Shown: one piece after another, positions 15,687-30,901 of the stretch
Numbering within the stretch: position 1 is the first letter of the stretch
How the letters are laid out: the number at the start of each line of letters is the position of its first letter
Origin: Eledone cirrhosa
Taxonomy: Eukaryota
Direction of reading: 5' to 3'
Length of the DNA stretch: 64,000 nt
Assembly: GCA_964016885.1 (NCBI GenBank)
Contig: OZ024741.1
Span: forward strand, 248,310,001-248,374,000
Notes under the pieces: model-generated
What the model was told of the DNA's origin: nothing
The model's input: the letters and a program-made list of their open reading frames with translations, nothing else
Databases searched by the model: none
Translations under genes and position numbers: made by a program

Positions 15687-18600
15687 AATCCCATTAAAAA
15701 CCACATTAAAAATTCAATTAAAAATCTATTTTGAAAAACCCATTAAAAACCCCATTATAAGCTCATAAAACACTCCATTAAAACCCCAACCAAACCCCCC
15801 ATTAAAACACAATTAAAACATCATTAAGAATGCCAATAAAAGCGCCATTAAAAACCACATTGGAAACCCATAAAAACCCAATTAAAACAAAATTAAAGTT
15901 TCCATTAAAAGTCCCCATTAAAACTCCATTAAAACACCCATTAAACCCCCCTCGAAAAGACATTAAAACCTCAAATTTAAACCGAAATAAAAACTCAATT
16001 AAAACGCAATTAAAAACTCAATTAAAACACCATTAAAAACACAATTAAAAGCCCATTAAACCAATTAAAATTGCATTAACACACCACTAAGGTTCCATTG
16101 GAAAACCATTAAAAATGTCATTAAAAACTACACTGAAAACCCATTAAACCCCCATTAAAAGCGCACCCAAAACTTTATAAAAAACCAAATAAAAACCCCA
16201 TTAAAATACCATTAAAACGGCATAAAACACCATTAAAACTACATTAAAACTCAATTAAAAATTCCATTTAAATCTCCATTATAAACTCAATTAAAACTCC
16301 ATTAAAACTCAATTAAAAACTCCATTAAAAACACACACACATGAAGTTACATGCTGGCTTGCACACTTATAGCGATTGCTATTTCCTTTTAATTTCATTA
16401 AAACTAGGATGTTTTAGAAAGATAAAAACAAAACTGAATAATGAAGAGACTAGGGAGGGGTAAAGAAAGGCAGATCAGGCTGTAGAGGACAGTAGGGGGA
16501 GAAGAGGGAAGAGACTTGGGAGGGGTAAAGAAAGGCAGATCTGGCTGTAGAGGACAGTAGGGGGAGAAGAGGGAGAAATAAACTAAATTATAAACTAAGT
16601 TATAAACTAAATTATAAACTAAATTAAAAACTCAATAAAATAAAATAAAATAAAATAAAATAAAATAAAATAAAATAAAATAAAATAAAATAAAATAAAA
16701 TAAAATAAAATAAAATAAAATAAAATAAAATAAAATAAAATAAAATAAAATAAAAAATAAAATAAAATAAAATAAAATAAAATAAAATAAAATAAAATAA
16801 AATAAAATAAAATAAAATAAAAAAAATAAAATAAAATAAAATAAAAAAAACTAAAAAATATAAATAAAATAAAATAAAATAAATAAAATAAAATAAAATA
16901 AAATAAAATAAATAAAAATAAAATAAAATAAAAAAAAAATAAAAAAAAATTAAATATAAAAAATAAATAAAATAAAATAAAATAAGAACTCAATTAAAAA
17001 CTCAGTAAAAACTCAATTAAAAACTCAATTAAAAACTCAATCGAAGCACCATTAAAACACCATTAAAAACTCCACTATAAACCCACTAAACCCATTAAAA
17101 ACCAATTAAAAATTCAATTACACATCCCATTAGAAATTTCATTAAAAACTCAATTAAAAGTTCCATTGAAAACACATTCAAAACCCATTAACCCCATATT
17201 AAAAGTTCATAAAACTCTATTAAAAACCCAATAACAAACCAATTAAAACGCCATTAAAACGCCACAAAACACAATAAAATGTCATAAAAACGCCATTAAA
17301 ACATCACAAAAAGCCCAATTAAAAAACCATTAATAATGTCATTAAAAATTCCATAAAAATCCATTAAAAACTCCACTAAAAGCCCATTAAAAAGTTCATT
17401 AAAAGCCATATTATAAATTTCATAAAAAACAATTGAAAACCCCATTATTTATGAGCCTTTTTTATGAGTTTTTAATAGTGTTTTAATTCAGTTTTTAATT
17501 GCGTTTAAAATTGGGTTTTAATGGCTTTTTAATGGTGTTTTAATGGGATTTTCGATGGTGTTTGATGGGTTTTTTATGGAGTTTTTAATTGGGTTTTCAA
17601 TGGTGTTGTTTATGAGTTTTTAAATGGGTTTTTAATGGAATTTTTGATTGCGTTTTTAATGAAATTTTTAATAGATTCAAGGATGTTTTAATGGAGTTTT
17701 TAATGGTCTTTTTAATGGCGTTTTAATTGTGTTTTTATGGTGTTTAAATGCGTTTTAATGATTTTTAATTGGGTTTTTAATGGAGTATTTTTAATGAGCT
17801 CTTAATGGATTTTTCAATTGGATACTTAATGGGTTTTAATGGAATTTATAATAAGGGTTCTAATTGACTTTAAATATGATTTTTAATGGAGTTTTTAATG
17901 AAATTTCTAATGGTGTTTTTAATTGCGTTTCCCCCGTGAGGGTTTTAATGGCATTTTAAATGACATTTTAATGAGTTTTTATGATGTTTTAATGGCGTTG
18001 TAATTGTTTTTTATTGGGTTTTTAATATAATTTTGTATGAGCTTTTAATGGGGGTTTTCAATGTTGTTTTTAATGGAGTGTTTAATGGAATTTTAATGGG
18101 GGTTTGATAAAAAAAAAAAATTGCTTTTTAATTTAATTTTTAATGCGTTTTTGATGGTGTTTAAGTGCGTTCACGATGATCTTTTTAATGGATTTTTAAT
18201 GGGGTTTTAATTGAATTTTAATGGTGTTTTCAATGTAATTTTTAATGATAGTTTAATGGTGTTTTAATGACGTTTTAATTGTGTTTTTTATGGTGTTTTA
18301 GTGACGTTTAAATAGGATTTTTAATTGGTTTTTTAATTGAGTATTTATATGAGTTTTCACTGGTGTTTTTAATGGGTTTTTCAATATTGCATTTAATGAA
18401 ATTTTTAATATGGTTTCAAATGGAATTTTTAATGTGTTTTTAATTGGGTTTCTAGTGACGTTTTTAATGGTACTTTAAATGACGTTTTAATGACTTTTAT
18501 GGCGTTTTAATGGGTTTTTTAATTGGGTTTTTAATGTAGTTTTTTAAAAGATCTTTACTTGGGATTTTATGGGTTTTCAATGCGGTTTTTAATGGTATAT

Positions 18601-20837
18601 TAATGGAGTTTTTGGTGTGGTTGTTAATGGTATTAGTGACATTTTAATGTGTTTTTAATGGTGTTTTAAGCGAGTTTCTGGTTTAGTTTAAATTTAAATA
18701 TTTGATGGTCCTTCTAATGGGCTTTAATGGATGTGTAATGTGTTTAATGCAATTTTAATGGGGTTTAATGGGGGTAGTAGGTTTCAATGGGTTTTAATGG
18801 AGTTTTAATGGCTAGCGCTCTTTTTTAAGAGTTTTTAATGGTGTTTTTAATGGTTTTTCATTGAGCTTTTAATTGCGTTTTTAATTGCGTTTTTAATCTA
18901 GTTTAAAAATTGAGTTTTAATGGGTTTTTCAATTAGGTTTTTAATGGATTTTTAATGGTGTTTTTTACGGACCCTTTAATTTTTTATAATGGGTTTTCAA
19001 TGCCGTTTTAATGGTGTTTTTAATGGTATCCTTAATGACGCTTCGATAAGTTTCAATGTTATTTTAATGGGGTTTTGATTGATTTTTTAATGGAGTTTTT
19101 TTAATGAACTTTTATTGGGGTTTTCAATCAGGTTTTTAACTGAATTTTTAATGTTTTTCAATTAGATTTTTTATGGAGTTTTTATGGGCTTTTTAATGAG
19201 TTTTTAATGGTGTGCTAATTGAGTTTTCAATTACCTTTTTAATTGAGTATAAAATCGAGTTTTTACTAAGTTTTTAATGAATTTTTAATGGAATTTTAAT
19301 GGGGTTTCCAATGGACTTTTAATTGTGTTTTAATGGGGTTTTAAAATTTGTTTTTAGTTGCATTTTTCAGGGGCTTTTAATGGGGCTTAATGGGGGTTTA
19401 ATGGGGGATTTAATTGAGTTTTTAATGGAGTTTAATAGAGTTTATAATGGAGGTTTTAATGGAGTTTTTAATGAAGTTTTAATGTAGTTTTTAATGAGGT
19501 TTTTAATGACGATTTTAATGGCGTTCTTAATGGCGTTTTAATGGTATTTTATGGCATTTTAATGACGGTTGTAATGGTTTTTAATGGAGTGTTAATTGGT
19601 TATTAATTGTATTTTAATGGGTTTTATGAGCTTTTAAATGGGCTTTTTAGTGGTGTTTTTAATGGAGTTTTTAATGGGTCTTTTAATGGAATTTGCAATG
19701 TAGTTTTTAATGGTGTTTTTAATTGTATTTTTAATGACGTTTTAATGGTGTTTTTTATGGCGTTTTAATAGGATTTTTAATTGGTTTTTTAAAGGACTAT
19801 TATTATGGGTTTTTATGTAATTTTATAATGGGATTTTCAGTAGGGTTTTTAATTGGATTTTTAATGGAGTTTATAATATGTTTTTTAATTGGATTTTTAA
19901 AGAATTTATAATTGCGGTTTTAATATAGTGTTTAATGGAGTATTTAATTGGTTTTTAATGGTAATTTTAATGGAGTGTTTAATGTGTTTTTAATGGGGGA
20001 GGAGGGGGGTAAAATGCAATTTTTAATTGAGTTATCAATGGAGTTTTTAATGACATTTTTAATGACGTTTTAATAGCGTTTTATGACGTTTTAATGACGT
20101 TTTAATGGTTTTTTTGGGGGGTTTTGGGAGTTTTTATGAGCTTCTAATTAGGTTTTAAATGGGGTTTTCAATGAGGTTTTTAGTGGAATTTTTAATGGGC
20201 CTTTAATGTATTTTTAATGGGATTTTAATGTTTTTTATGGCGTTTTTAATGGTATTTTAAATGCTGTTTTAATGTTTCTTTTATGGCCTTTTAATTGGGT
20301 TTTTGATTGAGTTTTTAATGAATTTTTTTTAACGAGAATTATGAAGTTTAATGGGTTTCCAGTGTGTTTTAAATGAAGTTTTTGATAATATTTTTAATGG
20401 AATTTTAATGGCGGTTATGGGATTTTAATGGGTTCTGGTGGTATTTTTGTGGGTTTTAATGGGGTGTTAAATGGTTTTAATGTTGTTTTACTTGCGCTTT
20501 CGATTACGTTTACAATTAAGTTTTTACTGTTTTTAATTGGATTTTTAATGGATTTTAATGTGGTTTTTAATGGAATTTTAATGGTGTTTTAATATAGTTT
20601 TTAATGGGTTTCGGATGTAGCTTTTAATGGTGGTTTAGTGTGCTTTTTATTGGGTTTTTAATGAGTTTTTATGAGCTTTTCAATGGAGTTTTTAATGGTG
20701 TTTATATATATATATATATACATACATATATATGTATATATATATATTTACACATATATATGTGTATATATATATGTGTATATATATATTTACACATATA
20801 TATGTGTATATATATATTTACACATATATATGTGTAT

Positions 20838-20875
<38 letters not shown>

Positions 20876-20876
20876 T

Positions 20877-20946
<70 letters not shown>

Positions 20947-21025
20947 TATATATATATATATATATATATTAAATATATATATATATATATATATATTAAA
21001 TATATATATATATATATATATATAT

Positions 21026-21113
<88 letters not shown>

Positions 21114-21706
21114 CACTTTCATGTTACACACTATATATAAACTGGGATTTATATTTTGCGTTAGTGCCATATTAAGCTGACAACGATATATTCGTATCTT
21201 AAAAAATATTTTTTTTAGATCACATTGTTCTAGATATTATTAAAATTATTAAATCTATTTTCAATTTGCACGAACACTTGCATATACTACATACATACAT
21301 TTATATAGACACTAACACAAATATTAGCATATACATAATTTCTTAGTCATTGAGGATGTGTTTTTATACATACATATGCATATTGCATACATACATACAT
21401 ACACACATACAAGCATATACATAGACATACACACACACATATATACACACACTGTATACATATATATACATACACACACACACACATATATATATACACA
21501 CACACACTATATATATATATAGTGTGTGGTGTATATATATATATGTGTGTGTGTGTATGTATATATATACAGTGTGTGTATATATATGTGTGTGTATGTG
21601 TATGTATATGCTTGTATGTGTGTATGTATGGATGCAATATGCATATGTATGTATAAAAAACACATCCTCAATTACTAAGAAAATATGTATATGCTAATAT
21701 TTGTGT

Positions 21707-21738
<32 letters not shown>

Positions 21739-21797
21739 CGCACACACTATATATATATATATACATACACACTATATATATATATATACACACACAC

Positions 21798-21852
<55 letters not shown>

Positions 21853-24800
21853 AATCCCATTAAAAACCACATTAAAAATTCAATTAAAAATCTATTTTGA
21901 AAAACCCATTAAAAACCCCATTATAAGCTCATAAAACACTCCATTAAAACCCCAACCAAACCCCCCATTAAAACACAATTAAAACATCATTAAGAATGCC
22001 AATAAAAGCGCCATTAAAAACCACATTGGAAACCCATAAAAACCCAATTAAAACAAAATTAAAGTTTCCATTAAAAGTCCCCATTAAAACTCCATTAAAA
22101 CACCCATTAAACCCCCCTCGAAAAGACATTAAAACCTCAAATTTAAACCGAAATAAAAACTCAATTAAAACGCAATTAAAAACTCAATTAAAACACCATT
22201 AAAAACACAATTAAAAGCCCATTAAACCAATTAAAATTGCATTAACACACCACTAAGGTTCCATTGGAAAACCATTAAAAATGTCATTAAAAACTACACT
22301 GAAAACCCATTAAACCCCTATTAAAAGCGCACCCAAAACTTTATAAAAAACCAAATAAAAACCCCATTAAAATACCATTAAAACGGCATAAAACACCATT
22401 AAAACTACATTAAAACTCAATTAAAAATTCCATTTAAATCTCCATTATAAACTCAATTAAAACTCCATTAAAACTCAATTAAAAACTCCATTAAAAACAC
22501 ACACACATGAAGTTACATGCTGGCTTGCACACTTATAGCGATTGCTATTTCCTTTTAATTTCATTAAAACTAGGATGTTTTAGAAAGATAAAAACAAAAC
22601 TGAATAATGAAGAGACTAGGGAGGGGTAAAGAAAGGCAGATCAGGCTGTAGAGGACAGTAGGGGGAGAAGAGGGAAGAGACTTGGGAGGGGTAAAGAAAG
22701 GCAGATCTGGCTGTAGAGGACAGTAGGGGGAGAAGAGGGAGAAATAAACTAAATTATAAACTAAGTTATAAACTAAATTATAAACTAAATTAAAAACTCA
22801 ATAAAATAAAATAAAATAAAATAAAATAAAATAAAATAAAATAAAATAAAATAAAATAAAATAAAATAAAATAAAATAAAATAAAAAAAAATAAAATAAA
22901 ATAAAATAAAAAAAACTAAAAAATATAAATAAAATAAAATAAAATAAATAAAATAAAATAAAATAAAATAAAATAAAATAAATAAAAATAAAATAAAATA
23001 AAAAAAAATAAAATAAAATAAAATAAAAAAAACTAAAAAATATAAATAAAATAAAATAAAATAAATAAAATAAAATAAAATAAAATAAAATAAAATAAAT
23101 AAAAATAAAATAAAATAAAAAAAAATTAAATATAAAAAATAAATAAAATAAAATAAAATAAGAACTCAATTAAAAACTCAGTAAAAACTCAATTAAAAAC
23201 TCAATTAAAAACTCAATCGAAGCACCATTAAAACACCATTAAAAACTCCACTATAAACCCACTAAACCCATTAAAAACCAATTAAAAATTCAATTACACA
23301 TCCCATTAGAAATTTCATTAAAAACTCAATTAAAAGTTCCATTGAAAACACATTCAAAACCCATTAACCCCATATTAAAAGTTCATAAAACTCTATTAAA
23401 AACCCAATAACAAACCAATTAAAACGCCATTAAAACGCCACAAAACACAATAAAATGTCATAAAAACGCCATTAAAACATCACAAAAAGCCCAACTAAAA
23501 AACCATTAATAATGTCATTAAAAATTCCATAAAAATCCATTAAAAACTCCACTAAAAGCCCATTAAAAAGTTCATTAAAAGCCATATTATAAATTTCATA
23601 AAAAACAATTGAAAACCCCATTATTTATGAGCCTTTTTTATGAGTTTTTAATAGTGTTTTAATTCAGTTTTTAATTGCGTTTAAAATTGGGTTTTAATGG
23701 CTTTTTAATGGTGTTTTAATGGAATTTTAATGGGATTTTCGATGGTGTTTAATGGGTTTTTTATGGAGTTTTTAATTGGGTTTTCAATGGTGTTGTTTAT
23801 GAGTTTTTAAATGGGTTTTTAATGGAATTTTTGATTGCGTTTTTAATGAAATTTTTAATAGATTCAAGGATGTTTTAATGGAGTTTTTAATGGTCTTTTT
23901 AATGGCGTTTTAATTGTGTTTTTATGGTGTTTAAATGCGTTTTAATGATTTTTAATTGGGTTTTTAATGGAGTATTTTTAATGAGCTCTTAATGGATTTT
24001 TCAATTGGATACTTAATGGGTTTTAATGGAATTTATAATAAGGGTTCTAATTGACTTTAAATATGATTTTTAATGGAGTTTTTAATGAAATTTCTAATGG
24101 TGTTTTTAATTGCGTTCCCCCCCGTGAGGGTTTTAATGGCATTTTAAATGACATTTTAATGAGTTTTTATGATGTTTTAATGGCGTTGTAATTGTTTTTT
24201 ATTGGGTTTTTAATATAATTTTGTATGAGCTTTTAATGGGGGTTTTCAATGTTGTTTTTAATGGAGTGTTTAATGGAATTTTAATGGGGGTTTGATAAAA
24301 AAAATTAATTGCTTTTTAATTTAATTTTTAATGCGTTTTTGATGGTGTTTAAGTGCGTTCATGATGATCTTTTTAATGTATTTTTAATGGGGTTTTAATT
24401 GACTTTTTAATGGTGTTTTCAATGTAATTTTTAATGATAGTTTAATGGTGTTTTAATGACGTTTTAATTGTGTTTTTTATGGTGTTTTAGTGACGTTTAA
24501 ATAGGATTTTTAATTGGTTTTTTAATTGAGTATTTATATGAGTTTTCACTGGTGTTTTTAATGGGTTTTTCAATATTGCATTTAATGAAATTTTTAATAT
24601 GGTTTCAAATGGAATTTTTAATGTGTTTTTAATTGGGTTTCTAGTGACGTTTTTAATGGTACTTTAAATGACGTTTTAATGACTTTTATGGCGTTTTAAT
24701 GGGTTTTTTAATTGGGTTTTTAATGTAGTTTTTTAAAAGATCTTTACTTGGGATTTTATGGGTTTTCAATGCGGTTTTTAATGGTATATTAATGGAGTTT

Positions 24801-26349
24801 TTGGTGTGGTTGTTAATGGTATTAGTGACATTTTAATGTGTTTTTAATGGTGTTTTAAGCGAGTTTCTGATTTAGTTTAAATTTAAATATTTGATGGTCC
24901 TTCTAATGGGCTTTAATGGATGTGTAATGTGTTTAATGCAATTTTAATGGGGTTTAATGGGGGTAGTAGGTTTCAATGTGTTTTAATGGAGTTTTAATGG
25001 CTAGTGCTCTTTTTTTAAGAGTTTTTAATGGTGTTTTTAATGGTTTTTCATTGAGCTTTTAATTGCGTTTTTAATTGCGTTTTTAATCTAGTTTAAAAAT
25101 TGAGTTTTAATGGGTTTTTCAATTAGGTTTTTAATGGATTTATAATGGTGTTTTTTACGGATCCTTTAATTTTTTATAATGGGTTTTCAATGCCGTTTTA
25201 ATGGTGTTTTTTAATGGTATCCTTAATGACGCTTCGATAAGTTTCAATGTTATTTTAATGGGGTTTTGATTGATTTTTTAATGGAGTTTTTTTAATGAAC
25301 TTTTATTGGGGTTTTCAATCAGGTTTATTAGATTTTTTATGGAGTTTTTATGGGCTTTTTAATGAGTTTTTAATGGTGTGCTAATTGAGTTTTCAATTAC
25401 CTTTTTAATTGAGTATAAAATCGAGTTTTTACTAAGTTTTTAATGAATTTTTAATGGAATTTTAATGGGGGTTTCCAATGGACTTTTAATTGTGTTTTAA
25501 TGGGGTTTTAAAATTGGTTTTTAGTTGCATTTTTCAGGGGCTTTTAATGGGGCTTAATGGGGGTTTAATGGGGGATTTAATTGAGTTTTTAATGGAGTTT
25601 AATAGAGTTTATAATGGAGTTTTTAATGAAGTTTTAATGTAGTTTTTAATGAGGTTTTTAATGACGATTTTAATGGCGTTCTTAATGGCGTTTTAATGGT
25701 ATTTTATGGCATTTTAATGACGGTTGTAATGGTTTTTAATGGAGTGTTAATTGGTTATTAATTGTATTTTAATGGGTTTTATGAGCTTCTAATTAGGTTT
25801 TAAATGGGGTTTTCAATGAGGTTTTTAGTGGAATTTTTAATGGGCCTTTAATGTATTTTTAATGGGATTTTAATGTTTTTTATGGCGTTTTTAATGGTAT
25901 TTTAAATGCTGTTTTAATGTTTCTTTTATGGCCTTTTAATTGGGTTTTTGATTGAGTTTTTAATGGATTTTTTTTAACGAGAATTATGAAGTTTAATGGG
26001 TTTCCAGTGTGTTTTAAATGAAGTTTTTGATAATATTTTTAATGGAATTTTAATGGCGGTTATGGGATTTTAATGGGTTCTGGTGGTATTTTTGTGGGTT
26101 TTAATGGGGTGTTAAATGGTTTTAATGTTGTTTTACTTGCGCTTTCGATTACGTTTACAATTAAGTTTTTACTGTTTTTAATTGGATTTTTAATGGATTT
26201 TAATGTGGTTTTTAATGGAATTTTAATGGTGTTTTAATATAGTTTTTAATGGGTTTCGGATGTAGCTTTTAATGGTGGTTTAGTGTGCTTTTTATTGGGT
26301 TTTTAATGAGTTTTTATGAGCTTTTCAATGGAGTTTTTAATGGTGTTTA

Positions 26350-26379
26350 TATATATATATATATACATACATATATATG

Positions 26380-26448
<69 letters not shown>

Positions 26449-26482
26449 GTATGTGTATATATATGTATGTATATATATGTAT

Positions 26483-26523
<41 letters not shown>

Positions 26524-26562
26524 TATATGTATATATATATATGTATATATATATATGTATGT

Positions 26563-26603
<41 letters not shown>

Positions 26604-26653
26604 TATGTATATATATATATGTATATATATATATGTATGTATATATATATACG

Positions 26654-26684
<31 letters not shown>

Positions 26685-26689
26685 GTATG

Positions 26690-26720
<31 letters not shown>

Positions 26721-26721
26721 G

Positions 26722-26761
<40 letters not shown>

Positions 26762-26797
26762 TATGTATATATATATATATGTATGTATATATATATG

Positions 26798-26886
<89 letters not shown>

Positions 26887-27131
26887 GTATATATATATAT
26901 GTATATATATATGTATGTATATATATCTATGTATATATATATATGTATATATATATATGTATATATATATATATGTATGTATATATATCTATGTATATAT
27001 ATATATGTATATATATATATGTATATATATATATGTATATATATGTATATATATATATATGTATATATATGTATATATGTATATATATGTATATATATAT
27101 ATGTATATATATATATGTATATATATATATG

Positions 27132-27176
<45 letters not shown>

Positions 27177-27233
27177 GTATATATATATATGTATATATAT
27201 ATATGTATATATATATATGTATATATATATATG

Positions 27234-27280
<47 letters not shown>

Positions 27281-27432
27281 GTATATATATGTATATATAT
27301 ATATATGCATATGTATATATATATATATATGTATGTATATATATGTATATATATATATGTATATATATATATGTATATATATATGTATATGTATATATAT
27401 ATATGTATGTATATATATATGTATATGTATGT

Positions 27433-27512
<80 letters not shown>

Positions 27513-27625
27513 GTATATATATATTTGTATATATAGTTGTATATATATATGTACATATGTATATATACGTGTGTATGTATATATATATATGTATTTGTGT
27601 GTATGTATATATGTGTATATATATA
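26350..27625. repeat. 1.3-kb degenerate (TA)n/TATG microsatellite
   Basis: Direct reading. Confidence 0.95.
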
Positions 27626-28299
27626 TGATGTTTTATAACCTCGTTTGTTTTTCTAAAATAACAATCTCATTCGTTTAATTTTGGCCGAAAATCCTAGGAT
27701 TTATAAAATGGCTTCCTTGCCCCTCCTAATCTTTACTACCCGCCCCCCTCCTTTCTCTCACCAAATATAAAATAAACCTGTTACGAGGTACGAATCTCAG
27801 AATTTGTCAAAACTTATTAATGGTCACACTGCTCGCACTCCTGTGAAATGTAATATAAAATGCCATTTTCTTTTTTTTCTTGTCTTTCCACCTTCCCGGT
27901 CCATCTCAATGTTATTCTATAATTCTGTCAGGTTGTTCTAAATATTATTCGCTTATTACTGTATATGCTTGTCCAATTATGCCCAGAATTCGATGATTTT
28001 ATTTAAACCTTCTCGCTAACTACGTCCATACCCCTCCCACTCGCCACCATTATTATTTCGACCAATCATGAGTTAGCGACCTATGCTATCACTTCTTCCG
28101 GTTGCCTTTCGCTATGATGGATGGACTAGGGAATTCTGGAGAGTCTGAAAAATCTGGACACTCAGTGACAATGCCAAAGATAAAGACTAATACACCTCAT
28201 GCTGCCGGACGAAAAGGCAAGGACTCCTCCTCTTTGTTTCGGCTGCGGATGGCCAACATAACCCCGCGCCCCACCGTTCCCACCCACCAAACGCAATCC

Positions 28300-30775
28300 A
28301 AAACTTCAGAGTTGGTACCATGAATGTAAGCACCTTAAAAGGTCGCTCTAACGAGGTTGTAGAAATGCTTGAACGTAAGGAGGTTGATGTTTGCTGTATC
28401 CAAGAGATGAGGTGGAGGGGTAGATTCATTGTGGGTAAAAAACGATGCTATAAGCTTTTCTGGGTGGGAAATGACAATGGGCTGGGTAGGGTAGGAATCA
28501 TGTTAGCAGAAAAATGGGTAGATAAGATAATAGACGTAAATAGAGTGAACGACAATAATTAAAATAAGACTTGTCCTAAATAGATCTACTGTGACAGTAA
28601 TATCTGCGTACGCAGCCCAATCCGGACTGCCTGGCGTTATAAAAGACAGATTCTATGAGACATTGATGCTCACTACCTCCCAAATAACCGACAGTGACTA
28701 CATAATTATTGCTGGCGACCTAAATGGTCACGTTGGACAACATTGTGATGGCTATGACAGAATCCATGGAGGCTATGGGTTTGGTACTAGAAATTAGGAA
28801 GGCTCCAGAATCCTGGAATTCTGTGACGCAAATAACCTAACTCTGTAACACTAACTTCAAAAAACGAGACAATCACTTGATCACCTATAGATCAGGGGAA
28901 CACGCCAGTCAGATAGATTATATCCTTACCAGAAGACGTGATAGAGTGTCTGTTGTAAACACTAAATCCCTCCCTCATGAAGAATGCACCTCCCAACATA
29001 GACTCATAGTCAGGACAAGACGTACTCGACAACAGAGGAGGACTATCCTCAGGAGAAAAATATGGAAGCTAAAGGACCCCACAGCCAGTAATAAATTTAA
29101 AAGCATATTACTTGATGCTTTTGACAGTAAGGGAGAGCAATTAGAGTCGTACAATATAGAGGAACAGTGGGAATTCCTGAAAGCTAACCTGCTGAAGGCG
29201 GCAGATGATGTCTGGCTGGAGCAGGCCTATAGTCAGGAGGAGAGTAACGTGGTGGTGGAACAGTAAGGTGGAGGAGTCAATTAAGGCAAAAAAGCAGGCT
29301 TGGAAAGTATGGCGGGATGGGGGAAGTAGAGAAGACTATCAAGTGGCCAGGAGGGAAGCTAGGAGACAAGTGTACTTCGCAAGGGAAGCAGAGGAAAGAA
29401 AGTTCAAGCATGTTCTACAACGCGAGGACCAAAAACGTGAGGTGTTCAGGATTGCTAGACAATGTGTCAAGGAAAACTGATATTGTCGGGGAGAAGTGTG
29501 TCCTTAATGATGATGGTGTACTTGCCATTACTGACGCTGATAAGAAGGTAGCTTGGAAGTGTCACTACGAAAGGCTACTAAATGAGGAGAATAATTGGGA
29601 GAAAGACAGTCTCCCCCACATCGATCCAATAGAGGGACCAGCAGTGCTACTTGAAGGTAGTATAATAAGTAAGGCAATCAAAGATATGAAGACGGGTAAG
29701 GCGGCTGGCCCTTCGGAAATAGTTGCTGAAAGCATCTGGAACGGTGGGACACACTATGGTCACCCGGATAGTAAACCAAGTCATACAGATGGGGTCGTTC
29801 CGAAGGATTGGCGTAGCAGCATCATCATTAACTGCTACAAGGGTAAAGGAGGTGCCCTAGATAGGGGTAACTATAGAGGCATTAAATTAATCGACCAGGT
29901 CATGAAGGTCACAGAAAAGGTAATAGCGCAACTAATCAGAGAGCGAATTGATCTAGATGAAATGCAGTTCGGGTTTGTGTCAGGCAAAAGTACCACAGAC
30001 GCTCTTTTCATTGTACGACAAATACAGGAGAAGTACCTAGCTAAAATTAAATCCCTATACCTAGCTTTTGTTGACTTGGAGAAAGCCTTTGACAGAGTCC
30101 CCCGCTCCATTATCTGGTGGGCTCTTAGAAAACTAGGTGTTGATGAATGGCTTGTGAGAGCTATACAAGCCATGTATAAAGAAACAGTCAGCAAGGTTAG
30201 AATTAACAACGAATATAGTGAAGAGTTTAGCGTAAAAGTTGGTGTTCATCAGGGCTCTGTCCTTAGCCCCCTCCTATTTATTATTGCCCTTCAGGCTATA
30301 ACAGAGGAGTTCAAGACCGGCTGCCCATGGGAACTCCTATACGCAGATAATCTAACGCTCATAGCTGAATCAATGTCCGAACTAGAGAAGAAATTCCAAA
30401 TATGGAAGCATGGCCTAGAATCAAAAGGCCTTAAAATTACCTATCTAAGACAAAAGTTCTAGTTTATAGGAAGGAAAATGGGGCACCACTCCCATCTGGG
30501 AAATGGCCATGCTCAGTGTGTAGGAAAGGAGTAGGCAGAAACTCCATTTTATGTCCCAAATGCAAAGTATGGGTGCATAAAAGATGTAGTGGGATCACAG
30601 GTAAGCTAACTAAGAATATAGATTTTATATGTGGACGGTGCTCGGCTGCAATAAGTAGCAGCAAGTGCCCACAGAATACTAGCTCATTCCATTGCACAGA
30701 TGGTTCTATAGAAATAGTGGACAGCTTCCGTTACCTGGGTGACAAAATCAACAGTGGGGGAGGGTGTTCTGAAAG
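28300..30775 (+). mobile_element. Decayed RTE-clade LINE (AP endonuclease + RT + internal PHD-like finger), 3' end lost at a TA tract
   Basis: Fragmented ORFs: GTMNVSTL/CCIQE, AGDLNGHVG and SQIDYIL (APE); NYRGIKL, QFGF, FVDLEKAFD, VHQGSVLSP, LLYADN and FRYLG (RT). Multiple stops and frameshifts. Confidence 0.92.
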
Positions 30776-30827
30776 TATATATATGTATATATATATATAT
30801 ATGTATGTATGTGTGTATATGTATATG

Positions 30828-30901
<74 letters not shown>

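Noticed and set aside
26285-27678. 400+ aa Tyr/Ile/Met/Cys ORFs here and at 34.8-36, 39.5-42 and 53.6-54.8 kb
   Set aside because: Stop-free translations of TA/TG microsatellites, open in several frames at once.
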